Part shown: piece by piece, positions 45,183-56,135 of the stretch
Layout: the number at the start of each line of letters is the position of its first letter
How positions within the stretch are numbered: the first letter of the stretch is position 1
DNA from: Diplonema japonicum
Taxonomy: Eukaryota > Protista > Euglenozoa: Diplonemea
Direction: 5' to 3'
DNA length: 64,000 bases
Assembly: GCA_964019335.1 (NCBI GenBank)
Contig: OZ025709.1
Span: forward strand, 434,001 to 498,000
The notes under the pieces: generated by a model
The model's database searches: none
The model's input: only the letters and a program-made list of their open reading frames with translations
Told to the model about the DNA's origin: nothing
Program-made: the position numbers and the translations under genes

Positions 45183-48100
45183 ATGGTCTTCAGGCATGCC
45201 CCCATTGAACAGACTGCAGAAGAAGATGGGCTCGCATTCCTCAACACATTGCGGCAGAAGGCAAAAGCTTTGAAATTCATGAGCACAGAAGAGGTGCTAA
45301 CCTTCGTGGAGTGGTTCAGACTGAACGAGGTGAGATTCCCGGCACTACTTAAGAATTCTAAAACCAAGACGCGGGGCCTGCTGCTCCTTTCTGCGTGTGA
45401 TCTGCTGAAGGTGCTGCGTGAGTCGCTAAAGGACTGTGCGGAGGGCGACACAAGGGACATCGTGGTGATGAACAACATACACCTGTACCGTGTAGTGGCC
45501 TCCTTGGTGGCGCAGCTTGCCATGTGCGACGAAAGAGACGATGATGATAATGCAGAACAATTGCATGACTTCCGGACACTCGTGACAAGCCTGGAGAGAT
45601 ACAAGATGTTCATGCACACGTCGTCGGAAACGGACCACGAAGTCATCACCAAGGTGGGCAGGGTTATCGGAAGCATTCCCTGGGATGTTGCTGCAGTGTC
45701 CGATGTTCTCAAGACAAAGGCCTTCGATTCTCAGCATCTGAAGTACCTGCTTCTGGTGAGTATGCTTGCAACGAAAGATCGCAACCTCAAAAACGGACAA
45801 GAGTGTCCCAAGGGAACGAGTCTCTCTGAGCTGGACAAGCTTCTGGCGGATAAGATGGGGCGTGAGGTGCTGGACACTGTGAGGAGTGATGGAGAAGGGG
45901 AGTCGCTTGTTTCGCAGATGAAGGCCTTTAAGCACACGGTGAACTATTTGAGCATACTGCTGAAAAAGTCGAAAGAGACGTTAGGATACGAAAAGCTGCA
46001 GAACGAGGTTAATGCTGTCGGTGACTCACAGGTGAAAGAGTACAAGCACAATCAAGATGTACTGAAGACGCTTGTTTCGCAGATAAAGGCTTTTAAGCAC
46101 ACGGAGAAATGTATGAGCATACTGTTAAAAGAAACGTTAGAATACGCAAGGCTGCAGAACGAGACAGAGTTCAAAAAGCTGCAGAACGAGGTTAATGATC
46201 TCGATGACCCACAAGTGAAAGAAATGTCTCGGCAACTCGAGTTGTACAAGCACAATCAAAAGCTGCTGCTGGCCGGCACAATCGGAACCGATCGTCCCGA
46301 TGCCGCCGTTTCAGAGTCGCAAGACTTCATGAAGGACACTCTGTCGTTCCTCAAGAGGTTAGAGAACGATGTAGCGCAGTGCACAGCAAGTGACAAGATT
46401 GCAATGTTGCTGACGTTCGCGGAGGGGTTCAAGCTGACTTCACTATCCGAGGTTCGGGAGTATACGTTGATCGCTGTGTGCGAGCTTCTGAGGGTGTTGC
46501 AGCAGTCGCTGGGGGACAGTGCGGAGGGCGACGCAGGGGACATCGTGGTGATGAACAACATATACTTGTACCGTGTGGTGGCCTCCTTGGTGGCGCAGCT
46601 TGCCATGTACGACGCAGGAGACGGCATCACCCATGCAGAACAACTGGATGACTTCCGGACACTCGTGACAAGCCTGGACACGGAGAGATACAAGATGTTC
46701 ATGCACGCGTCGTCGGAAACGGACCACGAAGTCATCACCAAGGTGGGCAGGGTTATCGGAAGCATTCTCAGCGACTTTGCTGCAGTGTCTGATGTTGTCG
46801 CTCTCAAGACAAAGGCCTTCGATTCTCAGCATCTGAAGTATCAGTTTCTGGTGAGTGTGCTTGAAGCGAAAGATCCTGACCTCGTAAACGCGAAAGATCC
46901 CGACCCCGTAAACGCGAAAGATCCGAGCAGCCCTCAGGAGCAACCTCGTATTGCGAAAGATTTGAGCAACCTGCAACCTCGTAATGCGGAAGATTTGAGC
47001 AACCTGCAACCTCGTAATGCGGAAGATTTGAGCAACCCTAAGGAGCTACTTGTACGTAATGCGAAAGATCTGAGCAACCTCCAGAAGATCCACGAAGAAG
47101 AGTGTCCCGAAGGAACGAGTCTCTCTCTTCGTGCGTCGCTGTGGGTAGGGACTCTTGTTGACCTGCTGGTGTTTTCCCGTGTCGTGAAAGCGAAGCCAAG
47201 CAACAAGGAAGGGGAGGAGAGCCTTGTTCACAGCAACGGAGTTCTGTACCAAAGGATTCCTATTCTGGGGGAACAGCAAGGGATCATGCAGTTCCCTGAT
47301 GAGGTGAGGAAAACGGTGGTGGACTGTTTGATGGGTCTCCTGAAGCGTGATCGCGTGACACCTGATGAGCTGATGGCATTGTTGACAGAAAAGAACAAGA
47401 TGATTGTGGACAAGTTGACGAAGGCGATCGGTAAGAGCAGTGCGAAGGTGCGGCACAAGGCAGTTCTTGCCTGCTACGAGGTGATTGATAGCGGGGAGCT
47501 GGACAAGCCTCTGGCGGATAAGATGGGACGTGAGGTGCTGGACACTGTGAGGAGCGATGGAGAAGGGGAGTCGCTTGTTTCGCAGATGAAGGCCTTTAAG
47601 CACACGGTGAACTATTTGAGCATACTGCTGAAAAAGTCGAAAGAGACGTTAGGATACGAAAAGCTGCAGAACGAGGTTAATGCTGTCGGTGACTCACAGC
47701 TGAAAGAAATGTCTCGGCGGGCACTCGAGCTGTACAAGCACAATCAAGATGTACTGGCCACTATCGGACTTTGTTCCAATGCCGCCGCCGTTTCAGGACC
47801 CCAGCTTCCCGCGCGAAATGGGTTGCAAGACTTCGCGAATGACATCCTGTCGTTCCTCAGGGGGTTAAAGAACTGGGCAAAGGATGTAGCGCAGTGCGAG
47901 GCAAGTGAGAGGGTTGCAAAGTTGCAGAACTTCGTGAAGGGGTTCAAGCTGAACGAGGTGAAGCTCTCGTCGCTACCCGAGATTCGGAGCAGCAAGCTAG
48001 CGGCGGAGTACATGTTGGAAGCTGTGTGCGAGCTTCTGAGGGTGTTACAGCAGTCGCTGGAGGACAGTGCGGAGGGCGACGCAGGGGACATCGTGGTGAT

Positions 48101-51100
48101 GAACAACATATACCTGTACCGTGTGGTGGCCTCCTTGGTGGCGCAGCTTGCCATGTACGACGTAGGAGAACTGGATGACTTCCGGACACTCGTGACAAGC
48201 CTGGACACGGAGAGATACAAGATGTTCATGCACGCGTCGTCGGAAACGGACCACGAAGTCATCACCAAGGTGGGCAGGGTTATCGGGAAGAGCATTCTTA
48301 GCGACGTTGCTGCAGTAGCGTCTAGTGTTGTCGCTCTCAAGACATTCGGCTTCGACACGAAGACGTTTGAGGCAGCTGGGCGTGGCGTCGTGGGCTTGAT
48401 CAACATCAGCGACACTTGGAACACACAAGAAGAGGTGAAGACAGCAGCAACGTGCAATGCCCTATCTCAGCGTTTGAAGTACCTGCTTCTAGTGAGTTCG
48501 ACAACAAATGATGGGACGAAAGCAAGTGAGTACCTGAAGAATCTCGTGAAAAGGTTCCACGAGAAAATGAAACAGGGCATAGGAAAAAAGGCTCTTCCTG
48601 CTTCGCTGTGGGCAGGAACCCTTGCTGACCTGCTGGTGTTCTCCCGTGTCGTGTCGTCGGAGCCAACGAACGGGACAGAGTATGAGAGCCTCATCCACAG
48701 CAACGGGGTTCTGTACCAAAGGATCCCTGTTGCAGGGGAGCAACAAGTTGTTACACAATTCCCACCCGGCGTGAGGAAGGAAATGGTGAACTGTTTAATG
48801 AACCTTCTAAAGCAGGGTCGCACGACACCAAGACAACTGAAAACACAACTTGTGGAAGCGACCAAATTCTTGGGAGAGGTTCATGATGAGGCCAGCAAGA
48901 TCGTGGAATCTGAGGAACTTGCAGAAAAGCTGAAGGGGATATTCGACGAAGAAAAGATCAAAACCCTGAAAGCCTTTGACGAAGGAATGCAGGCAGTTGT
49001 GGTGGGACTGACGGCGTCCTCTGGGGGCAACAAGGGAGCTAGTGTGCGGCACAGGGCAGTTCTTGCTTGCTACGAGGTGGTCGAGAGTGGGGAGTTGGAC
49101 TGCGAACTGGCGAAAGAAATGTTCAAAGAAATGCTGGAAACATTAGGGAGCGAGAATGAAGGGAAGCGCCTGGAGCTGGCAGGCCGAGTGTTTGGGAAGG
49201 CGAGGCAGTACCTGAGGATGACGCTGCGGACAGAGGCGGAGACCTACAAGAATGACATGGAGGAGCTGCTACAGGAAGTGGAGAAGCTTCTGGAGCATCG
49301 AAGGGGAGTTTCGAACGAGGAGGCTAGAAACCACGTCGACAGACTTCTGAAAGAGGCGCAGAAGGCGGTGCAGGTGTATGCAACGAACCTCGAGGGATTG
49401 AACGCGATAGCCGGGACGACCCTGCTCCTCACGGCAAGTATCTTCGACAGGGTGGCAGGGATCGACAGGCAGCTTCAGGACATGAAGAAGGAGGTGAGTG
49501 ACATCCACACCTACCTCAAGCTGTACAGGAAGTTGGGCAACGACATCACAGCTTTGTATGACAATAGAGACTTCGGCCAGTGTGACAGGTACTCCTTCAT
49601 GAGTGTCACAGGAACCATCAGTTGTAAGGAAGAAATTGGAAGTCCTTCAGAATTTGCAAAACAATTAAGGGACGAGCTTTTTGAAGTGAAGAGTCATATC
49701 TTCGGTATGCACTGGGGCAAGGAGTTCATGTCTCTGGTGGAGAAGGAGCTGTGGAAGCTGTATTTTTCAGAAGAAAAAGAAATCCAGCAGAGTTCTGGGC
49801 AGAAGAAGTCCAGCAGAGTTCTGCTTCCTCTTCATGTATTCATGCCTGCGACGAAGAAGCCGACGACAAACCTTGTTGAGGAGGCCCTGTTGCAGCAGCA
49901 CAGGTTCACGATGAGGAACGTTCAGCGTCTTCAAGAGAAGACAAAGGAAACGAAGGTGCACCTGGTGCTGATCCTCGTGGGGTACTCGTTCCTCGACAAG
50001 GAGTTCCATTTGGATTCGATGAGGGAGAAGAACAGGCTTCACGAGTGGGGCAATCCCACCATCTTGGTGGCTGCAGACACTGCCGTTTTTGAGTACACCC
50101 TAGAAATGCTGTTTGGGACCAAGATGGACGATCAGCGCAAAAGCTGTGAGGTGTACAAGATGAAAGATATGACGATCGAAGACACAAGTCAGGTGCTCGG
50201 CACGGAGGATGCGTCCATTGGGTCGGTGCTGAGGGGTGCGCTGCTGTTCCCGATGTTCTGTGAGGAAACCATCAAGAGCCCACATGTGGGGGACCTTTCG
50301 CTTCGCATGCTTCTATCCCTCGTGAAGGCTATTAACGCGGACGACAACAAGCAAGGGTTTTGGTCGCTTGACAACGTTGAGGCTCGTAAATTTGGGTCCA
50401 GTCTGCTGGAGTCTGTGACGAAAGAACAAAAAAGCCTAAAAGAAGACTTTGCAGCTCTAGGTGAGTTAGAAGATCAGAGGGATGTGTCGTGGGATAAGTT
50501 AGTATCAAATGTGATGGAAAAGGTCGCGAAAGAGAAATGGTCCAAGTCGTCGGCCACCCTTACGAAGCTGAAGAAGCTCAACGACTTCAAGAATGTCGAC
50601 AAGCTGAAGGAGAAGGAGATGGACGCAGAATTCCTGATAACCTGTTTAGAGGAGTACCTCCGACTGTCGTTGAAGGAGCTGAACACGAAGCATCCCTCCA
50701 TCACCGATGGAGACCTCATCGGCCTTATGATGCACTACAACTCCCTCCTTGCCCTTGACATGACACGGCGCCACTCATTGCAGGCACCCTACAAGAGCAG
50801 GTGCAATAGTTTTCTGGAGACAAAACACACAGAGTACGACGTCAATAAGCTGGACCAGCAGCTGGTGCGCGACTTGTTCACAGCCTCTCCAGTAAAAGTC
50901 AAGGACGGCAAGAAGGGGGACACAGGGAGGATGTACGAGTTTATGTACCCGTGGATGCAAAAGATGTTCACCGCGATCGCCGTTCGCGACAAGCTGATGC
51001 AGATCCCCCTAAACCGCTGCTGCACGAGGTTCTTCGTGTCTGTGTTCTTGGAGATGAAGCCCGAACCACATCTGAGTCATTCTGAACAAACGCAGAAAAT

Positions 51101-53927
51101 ATGGGCATACTTCCGGAAGCACAAGGAACTGATGTTGATGAAGGTGAAGGGTGCCTTGGCCTCAAGAACAAATAAAATGGATGATAATACGATCTCAAAA
51201 TTCCTTGTCGGGGCATGTAGGGCGTGCACGAAAAAGGAGCCGTGGAATGTGTTGATGGAGGATCTGAAGAACTACCCTGATACCTTGGATGTGTTCTTGG
51301 CGGGCATGGTGAGGAAGAAGGATAAGGAAAAAAAAGAGAACGAACTGGTGTGGTTCAGGGACACGCTGTACTCTCTTGTGGAGCTGTCGAAGCTGCCGTG
51401 GTGCAAGGTTCCTGCCGCTGTGGCGATCACGATCCTGTCGGCAGACGACAGCTTTAGTGGGATGAACCTGAGAGGGATCAGAGTGGACGGAGCGTACCTT
51501 GAGGACGGCATCTTCGACAAAGCTGATATCGTCCCAAACCAGCGAGGTTCGGTTTCCAAAGAATTACAAAGGGTGTTCCTCCCGCATAGCTACCGGATCC
51601 CTAGATGCAAGATGTTGACCGACGAACTGCTTTCGTTAGCGGTCTTCACGGATGACAATGGTGCTGATATCGTGGCTGAGGTGTATGAAGACAAGGTGGT
51701 ATTGCTACATGGATATAAGGAAGTGGCCAAGGTGCAGCTACATATACCCGTTGGCAAAACGGCACTCCTGAGCAGGATAGTGCGGAGGGGCACCTCGCGT
51801 GTTCTTTTCGTCGCTTACACAAAGGGCGAAGAGTTGGTGATCAGGGATGTGGTGGTGGCGAAGAACCCAGCAGTACACGAAGTAGATAACATCCCGAATG
51901 CCGGACAGCTTGTGAGTATCTCGCATGATGGTTCGGTGTGGTGTGTGCGTTTAAAAAAAGGTGTCAAGGAGCTGATACAAGTACAGGGAAAAATTACGAA
52001 AAGGTACAAGAAAAACTACACTGGCAACCTAAAAGACGTGTGTTTGCTACAGCAGCGCCATCTCTGCTGGATAGATACCAATGGGAAGGTTGACACGTGG
52101 AACTTTGAGGAGGAAAATAAGAATAAAAAACAAAACAATGAAAAAGTCGAGGTACAAAACAATGAAAAAGCCAAGGAACAAACCTTGTATGGTGAAACTG
52201 ATAGTGAAACCGAGGGACAAACCTGCAGTGAAACTGGTAGTGACAACAAGAATCAAATCAGCATTGGTGAAACCGATAGTAGGGGTGAAGCCGAGGCAAA
52301 AACCGATGGTGAAGTCGATTTAGAAACCAATGGTGCCGAGGAAATCGGTAGGGAAGTCGAGGAAGAAACAAATAGTGTCGAAGAAATCGGTAGGGTAGTC
52401 GAGGAAGAAACCAGTGGTGAAGCCAAGGCAGAAACCAATGGTGTCGAAGAAATCGGTAGGGTAGTCGAGGAAGAAACCAATGTTGTCGAAGAAACTGGTA
52501 GTGAAGTCGAGGAAGAAACCAGTGGTGAAACCATGGCAGAAACCGATGGTGTCGAAGAAATCGGTAGGGTAGTCGAGGAAGAAACCAGTGGTGAAGCCAA
52601 GGCAGAAACCAATGGTGCCGAAGAAATCGGTAGGGTAGTCGAGGAAGAAACCAATGGTGTCGAAGAAACTGGTAGTGAAGTCGAGGAAGAAACCAGTGGT
52701 GAAACCAAGGCAGAAACCAATGGTGCCGAAGAAATCGGTAGGGTAGTCAAGGAAGAAACCAGTGGTGAAGCCGAACAAGAAATCAAAGCACTCACACCAA
52801 TGACGACGAGCAGCCTGCTTACCTGGAGCAAGGGCAGCAACGACAACGACTGGCAATGCACCGAGGTTCATGTGGGCGAAGAAAATAGAAAAGAGAAGCT
52901 CTTCATATACCACGATGCAACGGGGCGGGAAGAGGCCCCGCGACACGTTGTGCCAGGCACCGGCTCGTTACTGCTTGTGAGAGGGGAGAACGGAGAGAAC
53001 TACAGCTGGGAACTGAGGGAGAAAAACAGGGAAAAAGAAAAGACTGTGGTTAAGCTGTACACAAGGGTCTTTGGACAAGAGAACAAAAGGCTGAATGTCC
53101 GCAACATGTACGTTTCAGCCCGTCGCGTGTATTACCATCTCGAGGACACCAACAGGTTGGTGATCATGAAACTCCCGAAGAAGGAACCCGCCCTTTACGG
53201 CCATGCACAACAAGCTGTTGTCTCGGATGACGGCAACCAGGTGGGAGCACTGGTGCGTAGCTGCGGGGACGGCAAGGCAGGCGTTGTGGTGTACCACAGG
53301 GTGACAGGTGATGTGAGCAGTCTCGTGAAGACGTTAAACGCCGAGGACCCCGTCATCAAGTGGAACAAGGAGAAAAACCTGTTCGAGGTGCTTATGGGAA
53401 CCGGCAAAAGCAACCGAACATTCGATGTTGTAAAGGTGGGGATGCAGACGCTCGAGGCTACGGAACATAAACCAACAGAAGATCATCAAAGCGAATGTCA
53501 GGAGCGTTGTGCAGGAACCGATGACAAAAGCAATCGGGTACCATGGGAGTACAAAACCACCCCCACGAGACTGGACGAAACAGTGTACTCTGAGGTGGAG
53601 TGTGAAAAATCCTGTGACACGGTATGCATGAAGAAGGTGCTGAAGAAAGACGGAACAGTTGCACTGCAGGTGACAAAGAGGGGTGTTACGGAGGAGCTCT
53701 TGAGGGCCTCGAAAATAGATTGCTGCAATGCATCGAAAAGAACCCTTGTGGCGGTTGCAAGTGGGAACCTCTACGTCTGGAGGTGGCGGCATGCTAGTGA
53801 GGCACAGTACAATTACACGCCTCTAGGCTCAAAAGGGGAGTGGTGCATGATCAAGCGGCTCTCTCATTCAGAAACTGTGAACGTCCCTGCTTGTGTTGAA
53901 AAGCCAGAATGTTTCTACATCAGATAA
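45183..53927 (+). CDS. Giant NLR-like protein: duplicated helical N-terminal modules, coiled coil, degenerate NACHT-like NTPase, winged helix, pentapeptide repeat, divergent beta-propeller region
   Basis: LLPLHVFMPATKKPTTNLVEEAL..LVLILVGYS..NRLHEW..ILVAAD (NACHT-like); YEFMYPWMQKMFTA (winged-helix-like); AAVAITIL..FSGMNLRGIRVDGAYLEDGIFDKADI. Frame is open from 44925; start placed after a CAG. Confidence 0.75.
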   Translation: MVFRHAPIEQTAEEDGLAFLNTLRQKAKALKFMSTEEVLTFVEWFRLNEVRFPALLKNSKTKTRGLLLLSACDLLKVLRESLKDCAEGDTRDIVVMNNIHLYRVVASLVAQLAMCDERDDDDNAEQLHDFRTLVTSLERYKMFMHTSSETDHEVITKVGRVIGSIPWDVAAVSDVLKTKAFDSQHLKYLLLVSMLATKDRNLKNGQECPKGTSLSELDKLLADKMGREVLDTVRSDGEGESLVSQMKAFKHTVNYLSILLKKSKETLGYEKLQNEVNAVGDSQVKEYKHNQDVLKTLVSQIKAFKHTEKCMSILLKETLEYARLQNETEFKKLQNEVNDLDDPQVKEMSRQLELYKHNQKLLLAGTIGTDRPDAAVSESQDFMKDTLSFLKRLENDVAQCTASDKIAMLLTFAEGFKLTSLSEVREYTLIAVCELLRVLQQSLGDSAEGDAGDIVVMNNIYLYRVVASLVAQLAMYDAGDGITHAEQLDDFRTLVTSLDTERYKMFMHASSETDHEVITKVGRVIGSILSDFAAVSDVVALKTKAFDSQHLKYQFLVSVLEAKDPDLVNAKDPDPVNAKDPSSPQEQPRIAKDLSNLQPRNAEDLSNLQPRNAEDLSNPKELLVRNAKDLSNLQKIHEEECPEGTSLSLRASLWVGTLVDLLVFSRVVKAKPSNKEGEESLVHSNGVLYQRIPILGEQQGIMQFPDEVRKTVVDCLMGLLKRDRVTPDELMALLTEKNKMIVDKLTKAIGKSSAKVRHKAVLACYEVIDSGELDKPLADKMGREVLDTVRSDGEGESLVSQMKAFKHTVNYLSILLKKSKETLGYEKLQNEVNAVGDSQLKEMSRRALELYKHNQDVLATIGLCSNAAAVSGPQLPARNGLQDFANDILSFLRGLKNWAKDVAQCEASERVAKLQNFVKGFKLNEVKLSSLPEIRSSKLAAEYMLEAVCELLRVLQQSLEDSAEGDAGDIVVMNNIYLYRVVASLVAQLAMYDVGELDDFRTLVTSLDTERYKMFMHASSETDHEVITKVGRVIGKSILSDVAAVASSVVALKTFGFDTKTFEAAGRGVVGLINISDTWNTQEEVKTAATCNALSQRLKYLLLVSSTTNDGTKASEYLKNLVKRFHEKMKQGIGKKALPASLWAGTLADLLVFSRVVSSEPTNGTEYESLIHSNGVLYQRIPVAGEQQVVTQFPPGVRKEMVNCLMNLLKQGRTTPRQLKTQLVEATKFLGEVHDEASKIVESEELAEKLKGIFDEEKIKTLKAFDEGMQAVVVGLTASSGGNKGASVRHRAVLACYEVVESGELDCELAKEMFKEMLETLGSENEGKRLELAGRVFGKARQYLRMTLRTEAETYKNDMEELLQEVEKLLEHRRGVSNEEARNHVDRLLKEAQKAVQVYATNLEGLNAIAGTTLLLTASIFDRVAGIDRQLQDMKKEVSDIHTYLKLYRKLGNDITALYDNRDFGQCDRYSFMSVTGTISCKEEIGSPSEFAKQLRDELFEVKSHIFGMHWGKEFMSLVEKELWKLYFSEEKEIQQSSGQKKSSRVLLPLHVFMPATKKPTTNLVEEALLQQHRFTMRNVQRLQEKTKETKVHLVLILVGYSFLDKEFHLDSMREKNRLHEWGNPTILVAADTAVFEYTLEMLFGTKMDDQRKSCEVYKMKDMTIEDTSQVLGTEDASIGSVLRGALLFPMFCEETIKSPHVGDLSLRMLLSLVKAINADDNKQGFWSLDNVEARKFGSSLLESVTKEQKSLKEDFAALGELEDQRDVSWDKLVSNVMEKVAKEKWSKSSATLTKLKKLNDFKNVDKLKEKEMDAEFLITCLEEYLRLSLKELNTKHPSITDGDLIGLMMHYNSLLALDMTRRHSLQAPYKSRCNSFLETKHTEYDVNKLDQQLVRDLFTASPVKVKDGKKGDTGRMYEFMYPWMQKMFTAIAVRDKLMQIPLNRCCTRFFVSVFLEMKPEPHLSHSEQTQKIWAYFRKHKELMLMKVKGALASRTNKMDDNTISKFLVGACRACTKKEPWNVLMEDLKNYPDTLDVFLAGMVRKKDKEKKENELVWFRDTLYSLVELSKLPWCKVPAAVAITILSADDSFSGMNLRGIRVDGAYLEDGIFDKADIVPNQRGSVSKELQRVFLPHSYRIPRCKMLTDELLSLAVFTDDNGADIVAEVYEDKVVLLHGYKEVAKVQLHIPVGKTALLSRIVRRGTSRVLFVAYTKGEELVIRDVVVAKNPAVHEVDNIPNAGQLVSISHDGSVWCVRLKKGVKELIQVQGKITKRYKKNYTGNLKDVCLLQQRHLCWIDTNGKVDTWNFEEENKNKKQNNEKVEVQNNEKAKEQTLYGETDSETEGQTCSETGSDNKNQISIGETDSRGEAEAKTDGEVDLETNGAEEIGREVEEETNSVEEIGRVVEEETSGEAKAETNGVEEIGRVVEEETNVVEETGSEVEEETSGETMAETDGVEEIGRVVEEETSGEAKAETNGAEEIGRVVEEETNGVEETGSEVEEETSGETKAETNGAEEIGRVVKEETSGEAEQEIKALTPMTTSSLLTWSKGSNDNDWQCTEVHVGEENRKEKLFIYHDATGREEAPRHVVPGTGSLLLVRGENGENYSWELREKNREKEKTVVKLYTRVFGQENKRLNVRNMYVSARRVYYHLEDTNRLVIMKLPKKEPALYGHAQQAVVSDDGNQVGALVRSCGDGKAGVVVYHRVTGDVSSLVKTLNAEDPVIKWNKEKNLFEVLMGTGKSNRTFDVVKVGMQTLEATEHKPTEDHQSECQERCAGTDDKSNRVPWEYKTTPTRLDETVYSEVECEKSCDTVCMKKVLKKDGTVALQVTKRGVTEELLRASKIDCCNASKRTLVAVASGNLYVWRWRHASEAQYNYTPLGSKGEWCMIKRLSHSETVNVPACVEKPECFYIR
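52270..52780 (+). repeat. Acidic coding minisatellite (ETNGVEEIGRVVEEETSGEAKA variants)
   Basis: Recurrent gaagaaatcggtagggtagtcgaggaagaaacca units. Confidence 0.9.
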
Positions 53928-53947
53928 ACTCCTTTGTTATTGGAGAG

Positions 53948-53998
<51 letters not shown>

Positions 53999-56135
53999 CG
54001 ACGGTCCTGAGCTCTGTTTTGACTTGTGGCACTTTCCTGACGTTGAAAGAAATCGAAGTTTTTTCCCCCCCAGTCGTTGCAAGGGCGCCAGTAAGATGTC
54101 ACAAAAGAAAGAAAAATAAAAAAGCAGAAAATAAACAAAGAAAGAATGAAAGAGAGGGGGGTGTCGCGAACGAAGTCGCCACAAAACTAGAGGGAAAAAA
54201 GAACAGGGAAAAAAGAAAAACTTTCCATCCCCCCCCTCTTTTCTAATTTTTTTTTCTTTCCTTTTTTATGAGTTCCAAAGCGGGGGGGGGGGGGGAAGAG
54301 GCTCCAGGTGGTGTTTAATTTTTTTTTGCTTCTGTGGCTTTTCCCCATTTCAAGCTAAGCTTTCTTGACCTCTCCACTTTTATTCCTGTGGGGCCACAGG
54401 ACTTGGTTCAGCGATGGCAGCGAGAGACTTCCGGACTTGTAGACACAATACTCACGTACTGCAAGGCACTACTAAAATTGGGACAACTTTTTTTTTTGTG
54501 AACGAATAATAAATGAATTGAAAAATCCCCACCAACGTCCTGCAGCCTGATCAAGGCACCCTGCAGAAAAAAAAAAAAAAAAAAAAAGGGGAAAAAAACA
54601 CGAGATTCTAAATTCCCCTCACCCTTTTTTTTGACACGATCGCTCCCCTTCCTTTTTACAAGCTATTTGCCGCAGCAAGCAATGACTTTGCGTACCTTTC
54701 TCGGTCCCCCCCCTTTTTTTTAAAAATTTAAAAACTTCGCCGATTTGAGTCATTCTCCGCCGTTGTTTTGAAAAGAAAAGGCAACTCTCTCTGTCTGTAA
54801 CACAAGGGTCAATAACGGATTTTAGAGAGGGAGCAGTCGCCGCGAAACTTTAGAAAAAAGAAATTCCATTTTATCTACGTCACATTTTTTTTAAACATGA
54901 AACGATCGCTTTCCCCCCCTTTTTTAAAACGAGAAAACTGGACATTAAAATAGCTATTTATTGCCAACAAATTATGAGTCATTATTTAACTCGAGTTCCC
55001 GAGTTTTTTGCACTCGGGCCCTGCGACCTAATTTCTGAAGAGTGAAATAATAAAAAAAAAAAAAGAAAAAAAAAAAGGAAAAAAAAAGAGGTGTTGAGTA
55101 AAATTAACCTTTTCCCCCCTTCAAAATGTCAGGTTTTTTTTTTCTACCGAGTTTATTTTGCTCGTTTTTATAGGCAGCAGTACAGAAGGTCTTTGGCTTC
55201 GGTCTCAGGGTGTGAAAACACTTCCTCTTAAGTGAGAAAAGAGGTGTGTACTTTCCCTGCCTTCTCACCTGATGCCAGTGACCGGGGGGTATTAACTCGT
55301 ATGTAACATGTTGAGATGCCTGATGCTCCAGAAAGAAACCATAGAAATTTAAAAAAAAGGCACTCCGCATAATTAATTTCCTCCCCTCCTTTTGCTTGGC
55401 AAAGAAAAAAATGTAAACGAAACGAAAAATTTTAACATTTTTTATTTTAACGCCCCCTCCCCCCTTTTGTCTTTCTTTCCTCCCCTTCCCCCCCTTTTCT
55501 ATTTTTCAGCAAACCACAGAACCTCACCGACAAGGTCGCTACCCATATAAAACACAAGATGGATGCAGACTATGATTCTTCTACACATGCGGAGGGGCGA
55601 CGTTGTGCCAACCCCTGTGCCGACTCCTCCACCGTGCCGCGCCTTGTTCCTGCCACTGCCTCGATGTCTGGCAAAATCGTCGGGTTGGTGCAGTAAACCC
55701 CAAGCCCGCGGTGCAGTAAGAACCCCGTGGTAATCCGCAAGCCAACGATTGTAAGCCGGCAACAAAAGGATCCCAGCATGCGACGGCCTCTGGTCGGGCT
55801 ATGTGATTCGCCCCTAGGTACCGGGTCGTTCTCCTTTTCTAGATTAGTAACTCTAATGGAAGAAGGCCGTTCTGCTCTAAGCAGGAGGAGAGTAGAGAGG
55901 GTATTACCGATCCCTTGCAACCTCTGCCCCTGCATGCTTCCCTCTTGGGACTGCCCTATTCTCAAAGAACCTTTCGTCGGAACCCGACTCGTGTTTCTTT
56001 TCCATACAGCCCGCGACCGCAAGCGGAAGAGGAGATAAGAAAGAAATAAAGAAAACAATAATAACATATCTGTAAGGAGCGGAGGAAGCTTACTTAAACC
56101 CCTTTCACGTATTCCATACAGTTGACCACTGTGCT

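Noticed and set aside
55500-56067. Possible endogenous RNA-virus fragment
   Set aside because: Coding-like, but no RdRp or other recognisable motif.
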